DNA of 38,794 bases from an uncultured Bacillota bacterium (GTDB lineage: Bacteria; Bacillota; Dehalobacteriia; UBA7702): NCBI GenBank assembly GCA_902766525.1, contig CACXDX010000179.1:1-38794 (forward strand), read 5' to 3'. Positions 1 to 8,304 of this stretch are shown one piece after another. The translations under genes were made by a program, and so were the position numbers. The number at the start of each line of letters is the position of its first letter. Within the stretch, counting starts at the first letter, position 1. A model generated the notes under the pieces. It was not told the DNA's origin. It saw only the letters and a list, made by a program, of their open reading frames with translations, and ran no database searches.

Positions 1-83
1 GATGACCGCGGAACCCGCGCCGAAGAGTCTTCACTCTCCGACTTATCTTCACAAGCTCTACTGTTTAGTTCCCAAAGACCGAT

Positions 84-112
84 ACGCCCCAAATTTGTGG
101 GGCGTTTATTAT
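84..112 (+). terminator. Intrinsic terminator-like hairpin ending a plus-strand transcript that begins outside the window
   Basis: 8-bp GC-rich stem ACGCCCCA (84-91) / TGGGGCGT (98-105) with a 6-nt loop, followed by TTTATTATAAT. Confidence 0.5.
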
Positions 113-213
113 AATAACATTTTAAACATTCGTTGTCAAGACTTTTTTTGAAAAATATTTTTTAAAATCATACCCTTGACCTGTTAAAAGAAAGCTCCTT
201 TCTACCGCTGATA

Positions 214-246
214 CAATAAAAAAACGCCCGCTTCGGACGGGCGTTT
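214..246 (-). terminator. Rho-independent terminator of the 266..595 gene
   Basis: Stem CGCCCG (225-230) / CGGGCG (238-243) extended by A:T pairs. On the minus strand it is followed by a T-run (A-run 215-224 on plus). Confidence 0.7.
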
Positions 247-265
247 GATCGTTTCTCAAAAAAAC

Positions 266-595
266 TCAATCGATAATTTCCATTCTTTTACCGCAGCAGA
301 TGGGAATCTGTTCGCCTGCTTTTAACTCGATCAGTTTATTACAGGTTCTGCAGTATACTTCACAGTCAAAAGGTGCGAAAACTTCAACTTCCTGAACTTC
401 ATTGGCTCTCTGCAGCCCTTCGATATGGAACATTGCGGGTTTGCCTTCTTCGGCAACGTATAATCCCATGGGCACGAGCTTTTTCTCTTTACCGACACAA
501 TCGGACATAACCTTCCAAAGTTGATCAAGAGCGGCAACTTCTTCACTGTTTTGAGGAGTAAGTTCAATGTGATTTTTAACCAATTCCAATTTCAT
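266..595 (-). CDS. Small soluble protein with a C-terminal desulforedoxin-like Cys4 motif; the N-terminal ~75 aa have no function I recognise
   Basis: ORF 266..616. I moved the start to the ATG at 595, which has GGGAGG about 9 nt upstream. The C-terminus VYCRTCNKLIELKAGEQIPICCGKRME fits the Dx pattern Y-C-x2-C-x14/15-C-C-G-x2-M. Confidence 0.6.
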   Translation of the reverse strand: MKLELVKNHIELTPQNSEEVAALDQLWKVMSDCVGKEKKLVPMGLYVAEEGKPAMFHIEGLQRANEVQEVEVFAPFDCEVYCRTCNKLIELKAGEQIPICCGKRMEIID

Positions 596-774
596 AATCA
601 TTTTCCTCCCAATCATTTGGTTATCCGGAGTTTCTCCGACTCCTTGCCTATATTATAATGTTTTTAAGATTCAATGGCTATTAAAAATAATCATCTCTTT
701 TTTAAAAATATTATCCTTGATTTTATATTTAAATCAAAGAGCGGTATCAATCCGTTTTTTACCGAAATATGATA

Positions 775-802
775 TTGACTTTTTCTTTTTTTATGTTAAA
801 AT
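775..802 (+). promoter_or_regulatory. Sigma-A-type promoter for the cbiM-like gene
   Basis: TTGACT (775-780), 16-nt spacer, extended -10 TGtTAAAAT (794-802). This leaves a ~110-nt 5' UTR before the ATG at 921. Confidence 0.55.
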
Positions 803-920
803 AATGGTAAATATATTAAGGAATTCATACCATGTAGGTATCTCGATGTTGCTGAAGCAGCATATCTGTAGACGGGATATCTATATTTTTTTGTCCCGCC
901 TCAAAAAGGAGGATGATGAT

Positions 921-1985
921 ATGCATATGGGTGACGCATTGGTCAGCCCCGCCGTCGGCGGTGTTATGCTGGCCGTTGCCGCGGGCATGGTTGTATATTC
1001 CGCGGTGAAAAGCAAGAAAACAATGGATCGGAAAAAGATCCCAATGATGGGCGTTATGGCCGCTTTGATTTTTGCCGGCCAAATGATCAATTTCACAATC
1101 CCGGTCACGGGATCCAGCGGTCACATCGGCGGCGGGATATTGCTTGCGGCAATGCTGGGGGGAGGTCCCGGCGTTTTAGCCATTACCGCCGTTCTGTTGA
1201 TCCAGGCATTTTTCTTTGCCGACGGCGGTCTTCTGGCACTCGGCTGCAATATTTTCAATATGGGATTTTGGCCCTGCCTTGTTATTTTCCCGCTGGTTTT
1301 CAAACCGTTGCTGAAGAACGGCATCACCAACGCTAAATTGATGGGCGCGTCCATTCTCAGTGTTGTTTTGGCCCTGCAGTTAGGCGCCTTCAGCGTTGTT
1401 CTCGAAACACTGGCGTCGGGCATTACCGCTCTTCCCTTCACGGCTTTTGTCGCTCTGATGCAGCCGATCCATTTAGCTATCGGTCTCGTTGAAGGGATTG
1501 TTACCGGTCTTATTCTTATCTTTGTTTATAAAGCTCGTCCGGAGATTCTCGAAGCCAATATCAATGACCGCAGTTTCGGCGAAGCCATGAACACGAAAAA
1601 GGTTCTCGTCGGTCTCCTTATCGCCGCGATCGTTATCGGCGGTGGCCTCAGTCTCTTTGCTTCCTCCAATCCCGACGGTTTGGAATGGGCAATGTTCGGC
1701 AATGCCGAGGAAGGCTATCGCGAAGGTCTTACCACCGAAGAAGAACTCGGTGACGGCTACGAATCCGTCAATGAAGTTCAGGAAAGCACCGCGTTCCTGC
1801 CGGATTATGCCTTTAAAGACGGCGACAGCGCAGCGGGGACGACAACTTCGGGTATCGTCGGCAGCGCGATCACGCTTTGCCTTGCCGGTGCCGCGGGCGG
1901 CATCATCTACGGCGTTTCGAAAAAACGGAAAAACAAAGCGGACGGCGATGGGGAAACAAGCGAAGATCCCCCAACGGAAGAATAA
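921..1985 (+). CDS. cbiM: ECF-type Ni/Co transporter substrate-capture component: CbiM/NikM fused to a C-terminal PDGLE domain
   Basis: ORF 717..1985. I moved the start to the ATG at 921 (AAAGGAGG 8 nt upstream), giving the N-terminus MHMGD typical of CbiM/NikM. The multi-TM core includes GSSGHIGGG and FFADGG. The C-terminal region contains SSNPDGLEW. The transported metal cannot be assigned from sequence. Confidence 0.8.
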   Translation: MHMGDALVSPAVGGVMLAVAAGMVVYSAVKSKKTMDRKKIPMMGVMAALIFAGQMINFTIPVTGSSGHIGGGILLAAMLGGGPGVLAITAVLLIQAFFFADGGLLALGCNIFNMGFWPCLVIFPLVFKPLLKNGITNAKLMGASILSVVLALQLGAFSVVLETLASGITALPFTAFVALMQPIHLAIGLVEGIVTGLILIFVYKARPEILEANINDRSFGEAMNTKKVLVGLLIAAIVIGGGLSLFASSNPDGLEWAMFGNAEEGYREGLTTEEELGDGYESVNEVQESTAFLPDYAFKDGDSAAGTTTSGIVGSAITLCLAGAAGGIIYGVSKKRKNKADGDGETSEDPPTEE

Positions 1986-2007
1986 TCTTTTTTAAGAATA
2001 AAAAAGC

Positions 2008-2049
2008 GAGCTGTTTCTGTTTTACCGAAACAGCTCATTTTCTTTTTTA
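2008..2049 (+). terminator. Intrinsic terminator between cbiM and cbiQ
   Basis: 10-bp stem GAGCTGTTTC (2008-2017) / GAAACAGCTC (2027-2036) followed by ATTTTCTTTTTTA. Confidence 0.7.
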
Positions 2050-2078
2050 TTGCAATCCCCATCGGTTTCATATATAAT
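2050..2078 (+). promoter_or_regulatory. Sigma-A-type promoter for cbiQ-cbiO
   Basis: TTGCAA (2050-2055), 17-nt spacer, TATAAT (2073-2078). Confidence 0.6.
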
Positions 2079-2184
2079 ATGGTATGTGTCGGCATTTTTA
2101 TAAAATTTGCTCTCACAATTCTTTTTATGCCGAAACCGCTTTTCGGCTGCGATGGCATAACATTTCAACAAAAAGGGAACGTCC

Positions 2185-2982
2185 ATGTCAAAAATCGTTG
2201 ACGCAATCCAAACTTTATCTTCCCTTGAGGAGCTGGCATCGGGGAATTCACTTCCGCATCGACTGCATCCCGGCGTTAAGATCATTGTCACCTTTGTCTT
2301 TTTGATCGCAACGCTGTCACCGCAGCGACACCATTTGTCGGTTTTGATCGGTTTATTCTTCTACCCCGCGATCATCATTCCCCTGGCCAACATTCCTTTT
2401 TCCGCGATTTTCAAGCGCACGGCCGTTGCCATGCCTTTTTCTCTCTTTGCGGGGATCTCCAATATCGTTTTTGAACGCGATATCGCGTTGACATTGTTTC
2501 ATATCCCCGTCACCTACGGCATGATCTCCTTTACGACACTGATGATCAAAACCTTCCTCTGCGTATCTGCGGTTTTGATTTTGATCGCCACAACGCCGTC
2601 CTTCAATCTCTTCGCTCAACTCAGAAAATTTCATATTCCCCAGCTTTTGGTCTTAACCATTATGCTCACCTATCGTTACATCTTTTTACTGCTGGAAGAA
2701 GCGGCCAATATGACCCTCGCTTACCATTTGCGGGCGCCGAACCAAAAAGGAGTAAAAATGAAAGACATGGGCTCCTTCCTCGGCCAAATGATTTTGCGCT
2801 GCTTTGATCGATCCGAGCGAATCTACGCCGCCATGGAATGCCGGGGTTTCGACGGAGAATACCACACAGAGGATAACAAACCTCTCACTGTCAAAGACTT
2901 GCTATGGGGAACGATGCTGATCGGTGTCGTTTTACTGCTTCGATTCTTCTCTTTGCCTCAGCTTTTTAATTCTTTGCTATAG
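2185..2982 (+). CDS. cbiQ: ECF transporter transmembrane (T) component, CbiQ/EcfT family
   Basis: 265-aa polytopic membrane protein. Its C-terminal region (AYHLRAPN...FDRSERIYAAMECRGFDG) is typical of CbiQ. It sits immediately upstream of the ATPase gene. Confidence 0.8.
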   Translation: MSKIVDAIQTLSSLEELASGNSLPHRLHPGVKIIVTFVFLIATLSPQRHHLSVLIGLFFYPAIIIPLANIPFSAIFKRTAVAMPFSLFAGISNIVFERDIALTLFHIPVTYGMISFTTLMIKTFLCVSAVLILIATTPSFNLFAQLRKFHIPQLLVLTIMLTYRYIFLLLEEAANMTLAYHLRAPNQKGVKMKDMGSFLGQMILRCFDRSERIYAAMECRGFDGEYHTEDNKPLTVKDLLWGTMLIGVVLLLRFFSLPQLFNSLL

Positions 2983-2991
2983 GAGGAAACC

Positions 2992-3750
2992 ATGATTTCC
3001 ATCGAACATCTGAATTTTTCCTATCCTCACAGTAAACCTGTACTGCGGGATATCAATCTTAAATGGGAAGATACGGAACGTATCGGACTTTGCGGCTGCA
3101 ACGGCGCGGGGAAATCGACACTGCTTTCTCTGCTTGCGGGGATCAATCTTCCCAACAGCGGCAGCGTAACGATTAACGACATCGAACTGAAGAAAGAAAA
3201 CCTGAATAAGATCCGTAAAGCAATGGGTTTGGTCTTTCAAAACCCCGATGACCAGTTATTTATGCCCAATGTCCTGGAGGACGTGGCTTTCGGTCCCAAA
3301 AATTACGGAATGTCCGAAGAAGACGCTAAAGCAAAGGCTATGGAGGCATTGACGCAAATGGGCATTGCCGATCTTACCGAACGTCCGCCCTACCGTCTTT
3401 CCGGCGGGGAAAAACGCAGCGCCGCCATTGCTTCGATCCTCTCTATGGAACCGAGTTTTATTCTCTTTGACGAACCCTCCGCTTTCCTTGATCCCGGTGC
3501 GAAAAAGAATTTTGAAGAAACCGTAAACCGGCTCAGCGTCGGCTACCTTATCGCCAGCCATGATCTCGATGTGATTCTGCGAACCTGCGACAGGGTTCTG
3601 GTTTTAAATAAAGGCACCGTCATCGCCGACGGTGATCCCAACGTCCTTCTCCATGATGAAGATACGCTCAACAAGGCAGGCCTGCAATTACCGGAATCCT
3701 TTCTGCGCTGCGCAAACTGTGAATACAAAAAAGCGGCAAACGCTCTTTAA
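2992..3750 (+). CDS. cbiO: ECF transporter ATP-binding (A) component, CbiO/EcfA family
   Basis: Walker A GCNGAGKST, ABC signature LSGGEKR, Walker B ILFDEP, H-loop SHD. Confidence 0.9.
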   Translation: MISIEHLNFSYPHSKPVLRDINLKWEDTERIGLCGCNGAGKSTLLSLLAGINLPNSGSVTINDIELKKENLNKIRKAMGLVFQNPDDQLFMPNVLEDVAFGPKNYGMSEEDAKAKAMEALTQMGIADLTERPPYRLSGGEKRSAAIASILSMEPSFILFDEPSAFLDPGAKKNFEETVNRLSVGYLIASHDLDVILRTCDRVLVLNKGTVIADGDPNVLLHDEDTLNKAGLQLPESFLRCANCEYKKAANAL

Positions 3751-3801
3751 CGATAAGATTATGATAATTTCCCCCGTTTGAAAAAAGGAACAGGAGGTTA
3801 T

Positions 3802-4320
3802 ATGATGAATTTTTTGGAACTCGCAGAAAAACGTTATTCCACTCGAAAATTTTCCGACCGTCCCGTTGAGGACGAGATCCTGCAAAAATTGCTGGAAGCG
3901 GGGAACATGGCGCCGACGGCAAAAAACATTCAGCCCCAACGCATCTATGTTTTAAAAAGCAAAGACGCCGTTGCCAAAATGGAAGAACTGAGTCCCTGTG
4001 TATTCGGAGCCAAAACGGTTCTGCTCTTTGCCTACGATGAAACCGAAGAATGGCAGAATCCTTTGGAAGAAGGGATCCATGCCGGTGTCGAGGACGTCAG
4101 TATCGTCGCAACCCATATCATGCTGGCCGCCGCAGATTTGGGGTTGGGTACCTGCTGGTGCAACTACTTCCCCAACAGCAAAGCCGCCGAAGCTTTCAAT
4201 CTGCCCGAAAAAGAACGCGTTGTCCTCTTTATGCCCGTCGGGTATCCCGCCGAGGACGACAAACCTTCACCGAGACATGATAAGAGAAAACCGCTGTCGG
4301 AAACGGTAAAAGAACTTTAA
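3802..4320 (+). CDS. Nitroreductase-family (FMN-dependent) oxidoreductase
   Basis: ORF 3778..4320. I set the start at the ATG at 3802, after AGGAGG. The N-terminus LELAEKRYSTRKF...APTAKNIQPQRIYV is typical of the nitroreductase fold. Confidence 0.8.
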   Translation: MMNFLELAEKRYSTRKFSDRPVEDEILQKLLEAGNMAPTAKNIQPQRIYVLKSKDAVAKMEELSPCVFGAKTVLLFAYDETEEWQNPLEEGIHAGVEDVSIVATHIMLAAADLGLGTCWCNYFPNSKAAEAFNLPEKERVVLFMPVGYPAEDDKPSPRHDKRKPLSETVKEL

Positions 4321-4348
4321 AATCACTATCGGACAAACGGTGCCTCAT

Positions 4349-4397
4349 AAAAAAATAAGGTGACGGAATAATTTCCGTCACCTTTTATATTTTTTTA
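4349..4397. terminator. Bidirectional intrinsic terminator between the convergent nitroreductase and ATPase genes
   Basis: 12-bp stem AAGGTGACGGAA (4357-4368) / TTCCGTCACCTT (4373-4384), with an A-run upstream and a T-run downstream. Confidence 0.8.
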
Positions 4398-4425
4398 GGA
4401 TCATTAAGAACCGCTTCCCGTCCCT

Positions 4426-6330
4426 TCAGATTTTTTCTTTATCAAATTTTCTGTCATAAAGCAGCGCCGCATTTAAAACAACCAGAACTGATCCGGCGTT
4501 ATGGAACAGCGCGCCGGTCACGGGATTCAAAAGACCCAGAATCGCCAAAGTAATGGCAATCGCATTGAGGACCATGGAAGCGGTAATATTAAAACGAATC
4601 GTGTTTAAAGTTGAATTTGACAGACGTTTCAGATAAGGGATCTTCCCGATATCATCCCCCATCAGGGCAATGTCCGCGGCTTCAATGGCAATATCGCTAC
4701 CCATTTCCGCCATGGCTACACTGACCGAAGCGGTTTTCAGCGCCGGCGCGTCGTTCACACCGTCCCCGATCATGCAAACGAATTCACCTTCACTCTGCAT
4801 TTTTCCGATATAATATACTTTTTTCTCCGGCAGCAGACCGGCATAGTATTGATCAATACCAACCGTTCGGGCAAAGGCCGCGGCAGCTTCCCGATTATCA
4901 CCGGTCAACAGCACGGATTTGCTATTCATCGCTTTAAGTCGTTCCAAAACAGATTTGGCTTCGGGACGAATTTTATCGGACAAAGCAATGATCCCGACAG
5001 CTTCTTTCCCTTTGGCGACACAAATCAAAGCTTTTCCCTGTTCACTCAAAGCCGTAATTTTTTTACGCAATACAGAAGTATCCACACCGGCGTCACTGAG
5101 ATAGGTTTCATTTCCGCAAAGTACCTCTTCTCCGTCGATCACGGCAAAAATACCGCGTCCCGCCAACATACGGAAATCCTCCGCTTCCGCATAACCGAAT
5201 CCTTTTTCTTCAACGGCAGCGACCACAGCCTTGCCTAACGGATGTTCACTGCGGCTTTCCGCCGCGGCAGCCAAAATCAAAAGGTCTTTTTCAGAGACGG
5301 CATCATACACGGAAATCACATCACTGACATAAGGTTTGCCGTAAGTTAACGTTCCGGTTTTATCGAAAGCAATGATGTTCGATCTGCCCATGATCTCCAG
5401 GGCTTCTCCGGATTTAATCATAACACCGTGCTTCGTTGCCTGACCGATCGCGGCGACAATGGACGTGGGCGTGGCAAGAGCCAGCGCACAAGGACAGAAA
5501 ACGATCAATACCGTAACAGCATGATTAAGCGCGACAGAAGCGCTATAGCCGAAAAAGCGCAGACCGAAATAACCGAAAACGGCAATACTTAAGGCGATGG
5601 GCACAAGCCAAACCGCCCATTTATCGGCAACGGTCTGCATCGGCGCTTTCTTTTCTTCGGCTTCCTTTACCATACGGATAAGCTTTTGCAGAGAGGAATC
5701 GGTGCCGACCCTCGTCGCCCGGATATCAACGGAACCGAAACAATTCAAAGTACCGCAAAAGACCTCGTCATCCACGCTTTTATCGACGGGCAGCGATTCT
5801 CCGGTCTGGATCGATTGATCCACAGAGGTTTCACCGCTGACAATCAAACCATCCACGGGAATGGTTTCACCGGGATTGACGCGGAGCAAATCCCCGCGGC
5901 GAATATCTTTGGCATCGATCCACTCTTCCTTCGTTTCCCCGTCCACAACGGTGATACGGCGGCCTCTGGTCGGCGCGATATTGATCAGATCGGCGATACC
6001 TTTTCTCGCCCGCTCGGTGGTACGGTTTTCCAGCAGCGCACCGATGGCCATAATGAAAGCAACTTCTCCGGCGGCAAAAATCTGATTGATGGCCAAAGAG
6101 GCAACCATCGCAATGGAAATCAGCAACGCCGAGGAGATCCAACGTTCCTTAAAAAGCCGGCTCAGGGCAAGATACAGCATAGGGATACCGGAAATAATAA
6201 CCGAGAACCAGGCAACATCAAAGGAAGGAAATAGTCCCAGCTGCCATTGGAGCAGACTCAATGCCAGGAATATCCCGGAAAGCAGCGTCATTTTTCCGCC
6301 GGCCAAAAAATCATTGACGGTTTTCAACAT
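4426..6330 (-). CDS. Heavy-metal translocating P1B-type ATPase without an N-terminal HMA metal-binding domain
   Basis: CPC motif (VFCPCALALATP), DKTGTLT phosphorylation site, GDGVNDAP hinge. The N-terminus goes straight into TM helices. I set the start at the ATG at 6330 (GGAGG 10 nt upstream), because the GTG at 6339 lies too close to the SD. Confidence 0.9.
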   Translation of the reverse strand: MLKTVNDFLAGGKMTLLSGIFLALSLLQWQLGLFPSFDVAWFSVIISGIPMLYLALSRLFKERWISSALLISIAMVASLAINQIFAAGEVAFIMAIGALLENRTTERARKGIADLINIAPTRGRRITVVDGETKEEWIDAKDIRRGDLLRVNPGETIPVDGLIVSGETSVDQSIQTGESLPVDKSVDDEVFCGTLNCFGSVDIRATRVGTDSSLQKLIRMVKEAEEKKAPMQTVADKWAVWLVPIALSIAVFGYFGLRFFGYSASVALNHAVTVLIVFCPCALALATPTSIVAAIGQATKHGVMIKSGEALEIMGRSNIIAFDKTGTLTYGKPYVSDVISVYDAVSEKDLLILAAAAESRSEHPLGKAVVAAVEEKGFGYAEAEDFRMLAGRGIFAVIDGEEVLCGNETYLSDAGVDTSVLRKKITALSEQGKALICVAKGKEAVGIIALSDKIRPEAKSVLERLKAMNSKSVLLTGDNREAAAAFARTVGIDQYYAGLLPEKKVYYIGKMQSEGEFVCMIGDGVNDAPALKTASVSVAMAEMGSDIAIEAADIALMGDDIGKIPYLKRLSNSTLNTIRFNITASMVLNAIAITLAILGLLNPVTGALFHNAGSVLVVLNAALLYDRKFDKEKI

Positions 6331-6351
6331 GACAATCACCCCTCCAAAAAG

Positions 6352-6379
6352 TTGAAATCGGGGAAAAATATGATATAAT
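6352..6379 (+). promoter_or_regulatory. Sigma-A-type promoter for the TetR gene
   Basis: TTGAAA (6352-6357), 16-nt spacer, extended -10 TGaTATAAT (6371-6379). Confidence 0.55.
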
Positions 6380-6387
6380 GTATTTAT

Positions 6388-6402
6388 TGAACACCATGTT
6401 CA
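6388..6402. promoter_or_regulatory. Candidate operator: inverted repeat TGAACA-cca-TGTTCA shared by the two divergent promoters
   Basis: A perfect 6+6 inverted repeat lying just downstream of the -10 elements of both the plus-strand (TetR) and minus-strand (ATPase) promoters. Confidence 0.5.
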
Positions 6403-6408
6403 TTAATT

Positions 6409-6437
6409 ATCGTATCTTTCCACTATCATGAAATCAA
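6409..6437 (-). promoter_or_regulatory. Sigma-A-type promoter for the P1B ATPase
   Basis: Minus strand reads TTGATT (6437-6432), 17-nt spacer, TACGAT (6414-6409). Confidence 0.45.
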
Positions 6438-6502
6438 GAGATGATTTTGGTGATATGTTCGTTACCGAACAAATCAAGAAAATTGTCCCGAAAGGAGTCC
6501 GC

Positions 6503-7060
6503 ATGGATCGGCGCAGTAAAAAAACAAGGGAATCCATTTTGCAGTCATTCGGCAATCTTCTCGAAAAGAGAAGTTACGACCGCATCACCGTCCAGGAAAT
6601 CATTGATGACGCCGATGTCGGCCGCGCCACTTTTTACGCTCATTTCCCTTCCAAAGACGATTTATTGAAAACCACATGCGTAGATCTGTTCGATCACGTT
6701 TTTCCGACGCCGTCAAAACAAGAAAAGGAAGATATCTTCAAAGACTCCCATGCCGAAAAAGATGAAATCACCCATATTTTCTTTCATCTCAAAAAAAACA
6801 AATATAATCTTTTAACCGCTTTGCTTCGAGACGGCAATACCCTCTTTTTATGTTATTTCAGGGAATACGTTGACCGATACATTGCCGCCAATCTCTTAAA
6901 ACAAAAACAACACAGCGGAACCATTCCCGAATCTTTCCTGTATCGTCACATCAGCACAACCTTTATGGATCTCGTTCAATGGTGGATCGACGACGGAGCG
7001 AAAAGAGAACCGGAAGAAATGGCGGAAATATTCTTTACCGTTATACACCCGGTTTTATGA
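6503..7060 (+). CDS. TetR/AcrR-family transcriptional regulator
   Basis: ORF 6428..7060. I set the start at the ATG at 6503 (AAAGGAG upstream). The N-terminal HTH region reads RESILQSFGNLLEKRSYDRITVQEIIDDADVGRATFYAHFPSKDDLL. Confidence 0.85.
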   Translation: MDRRSKKTRESILQSFGNLLEKRSYDRITVQEIIDDADVGRATFYAHFPSKDDLLKTTCVDLFDHVFPTPSKQEKEDIFKDSHAEKDEITHIFFHLKKNKYNLLTALLRDGNTLFLCYFREYVDRYIAANLLKQKQHSGTIPESFLYRHISTTFMDLVQWWIDDGAKREPEEMAEIFFTVIHPVL

Positions 7061-7065
7061 GCGTC

Positions 7066-7096
7066 AAAAAAACAGCGCAAAAGCGCTGTTTTTTTA
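7066..7096. terminator. Bidirectional intrinsic terminator
   Basis: AAAAAAACAGCGC-aaaa-GCGCTGTTTTTTT between the convergent TetR and PAP2 genes. Confidence 0.8.
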
Positions 7097-7111
7097 CATA
7101 CACATAATAAC

Positions 7112-7555
7112 TCAAATAATAAGCAAATAAATTACCGAGGTGCATACACCCAACACAGCGCCGCAAAATACGTCCCAAAAGGAATGAAAATGACACCTCA
7201 CTCTCAAATAGGCCAAAAAAACGGCACCGACTAAAGCGATCACACCGATCACAGGCCGGTAAACACAGATCATCGAAGCGATCGTAAACGCCGAAAAAAC
7301 ATGGCGGCTGGGAAAGGACTGTCCCTTCTTGGCGTTCTCCTTCGGCGGCGGGATCGAAGGATCCTTTTCATAAGGACGAGGCGCATCGTAAAAAAATCGA
7401 AACAGAGAAACCGCGGCAAAAGCAATGCCTGTCGTCAAAACAGCGGGAATGATCAGTGCCTTGTCCGTTTGGAGAATCACATAGAGAAGATAAAAAAAGA
7501 GAGGGAAAAAAGAAGCTGTGACAATGACATCAAAAAAGTGATACCCTTTGGACAT
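7112..7555 (-). CDS. PAP2-family membrane phosphatase (BcrC/undecaprenyl-diphosphatase-like)
   Basis: Start at the ATG at 7555 (GGAGG 7 nt upstream). PAP2 motifs present: YDAPRP, SFPSRH, RVRCHFHSFWD. Polytopic membrane protein. Confidence 0.75.
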   Translation of the reverse strand: MSKGYHFFDVIVTASFFPLFFYLLYVILQTDKALIIPAVLTTGIAFAAVSLFRFFYDAPRPYEKDPSIPPPKENAKKGQSFPSRHVFSAFTIASMICVYRPVIGVIALVGAVFLAYLRVRCHFHSFWDVFCGAVLGVCTSVIYLLII

Positions 7556-7581
7556 TATCAATCCTCCCTTTTCCCTATCTC

Positions 7582-8304
7582 CTAAAATCGATGGTGAACA
7601 GTAAAGATAAACGCATCCTTGACGGGAAGTGTTTTTACGGATATCGTATATACACCTTTTCCTTTTACATCATCATATTCCGCATTCATTTCCCGGTCAC
7701 CCATTTTCAAACAGGCAAGGCTGCCTTTTCTGGAAAATCTCTCAAGAAAATCATTTCGATCTTCCTCACGCAGTTTTTTGCAGAAATTTTCAAGGAAAGA
7801 AGAGTAACTTACATAAGGCAGAAACGGAAATACCTCTTCATGCGGTTCTTTTTCATGGATCGGAAAAAGTTGATCTTTCCTCCGCTCCAACCTTCCGCAG
7901 AAAAAAACATCTTCCGTGTATTTTTTTTCCCGCTCTTTGCGGACATATTCCATCGTTTCCACGTAACGCGTCAGCACGGGGATCAGTACCCGGGCCATTT
8001 TCGCGGTATAGAAATGGATGACCCGAAGATCTTTTTCATCGGGTTCACTGCGAAAATAACGTTCACGACAAAGGTGTTCACAGCCGCGGCTGACGACCCC
8101 TTTCGTCTTCCCGATAGCGGCACATAGTTGAGAAACGGTATTCTTTTCGGGTTCATGCACCACAGCGAAAAGCAATTCCGCTTCGAGAACGGAGAGGCCG
8201 TGATCTTCCAAAAGCGTTCGCATACCCTCTCGATATTGAGCATGGAACTTCGCATCTTTGCGATAAGTTCGTATTAATTCGATATTTTCTTTGCTGGCTG
8301 CCAT
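7582..8304 (-). CDS. MarR-like winged-helix regulator with an additional ~100-aa C-terminal domain I do not recognise
   Basis: The N-terminal ~130 aa resemble MarR (LSVLEAELLFAVVHEPEKNTVSQLCAAIGKTKGVVSRGCEHLCRERYFRSEPDEKDLRVIHF). Its stop lies 26 nt before the PAP2 start, so an operon is likely. Confidence 0.55.
   Translation of the reverse strand: MAASKENIELIRTYRKDAKFHAQYREGMRTLLEDHGLSVLEAELLFAVVHEPEKNTVSQLCAAIGKTKGVVSRGCEHLCRERYFRSEPDEKDLRVIHFYTAKMARVLIPVLTRYVETMEYVRKEREKKYTEDVFFCGRLERRKDQLFPIHEKEPHEEVFPFLPYVSYSSFLENFCKKLREEDRNDFLERFSRKGSLACLKMGDREMNAEYDDVKGKGVYTISVKTLPVKDAFIFTVHHRF

Noticed and set aside
1-83. Possible 3' end of a structured RNA or T-box leader (GATGACCGCGG resembles part of the T-box sequence), or the C-terminus of a truncated plus-strand gene
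   Set aside because: The match to the T-box core is partial. No plus-strand gene follows the terminator, and there is too little sequence at the window edge to decide.
717-920. N-terminal extensions offered by the ORF track (cbiM 717-920, ftsQ 13579-13779, ftsW 21972-22226, corrinoid protein 33507-33551, TetR 6428-6502, binding protein 11915-12001, and others)
   Set aside because: In each case an internal ATG preceded by a good GGAGG-type SD yields the canonical family N-terminus. The extensions run through AT-rich promoter-like sequence.
803-920. Possible cobalamin or NiCo riboswitch in the cbiM 5' UTR
   Set aside because: There is no B12-box-like core and no other conserved riboswitch motif that I can recognise. 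Only short generic hairpins are present, and at ~110 nt the UTR is short for a cobalamin element.
6388-6402. LexA (Cheo) box interpretation of TGAACAccaTGTTCA
   Set aside because: The spacing is GAAC-N5-GTTC rather than the N4 of the Firmicute LexA box. Its position between a TetR gene and its divergent partner makes a TetR operator the simpler reading.
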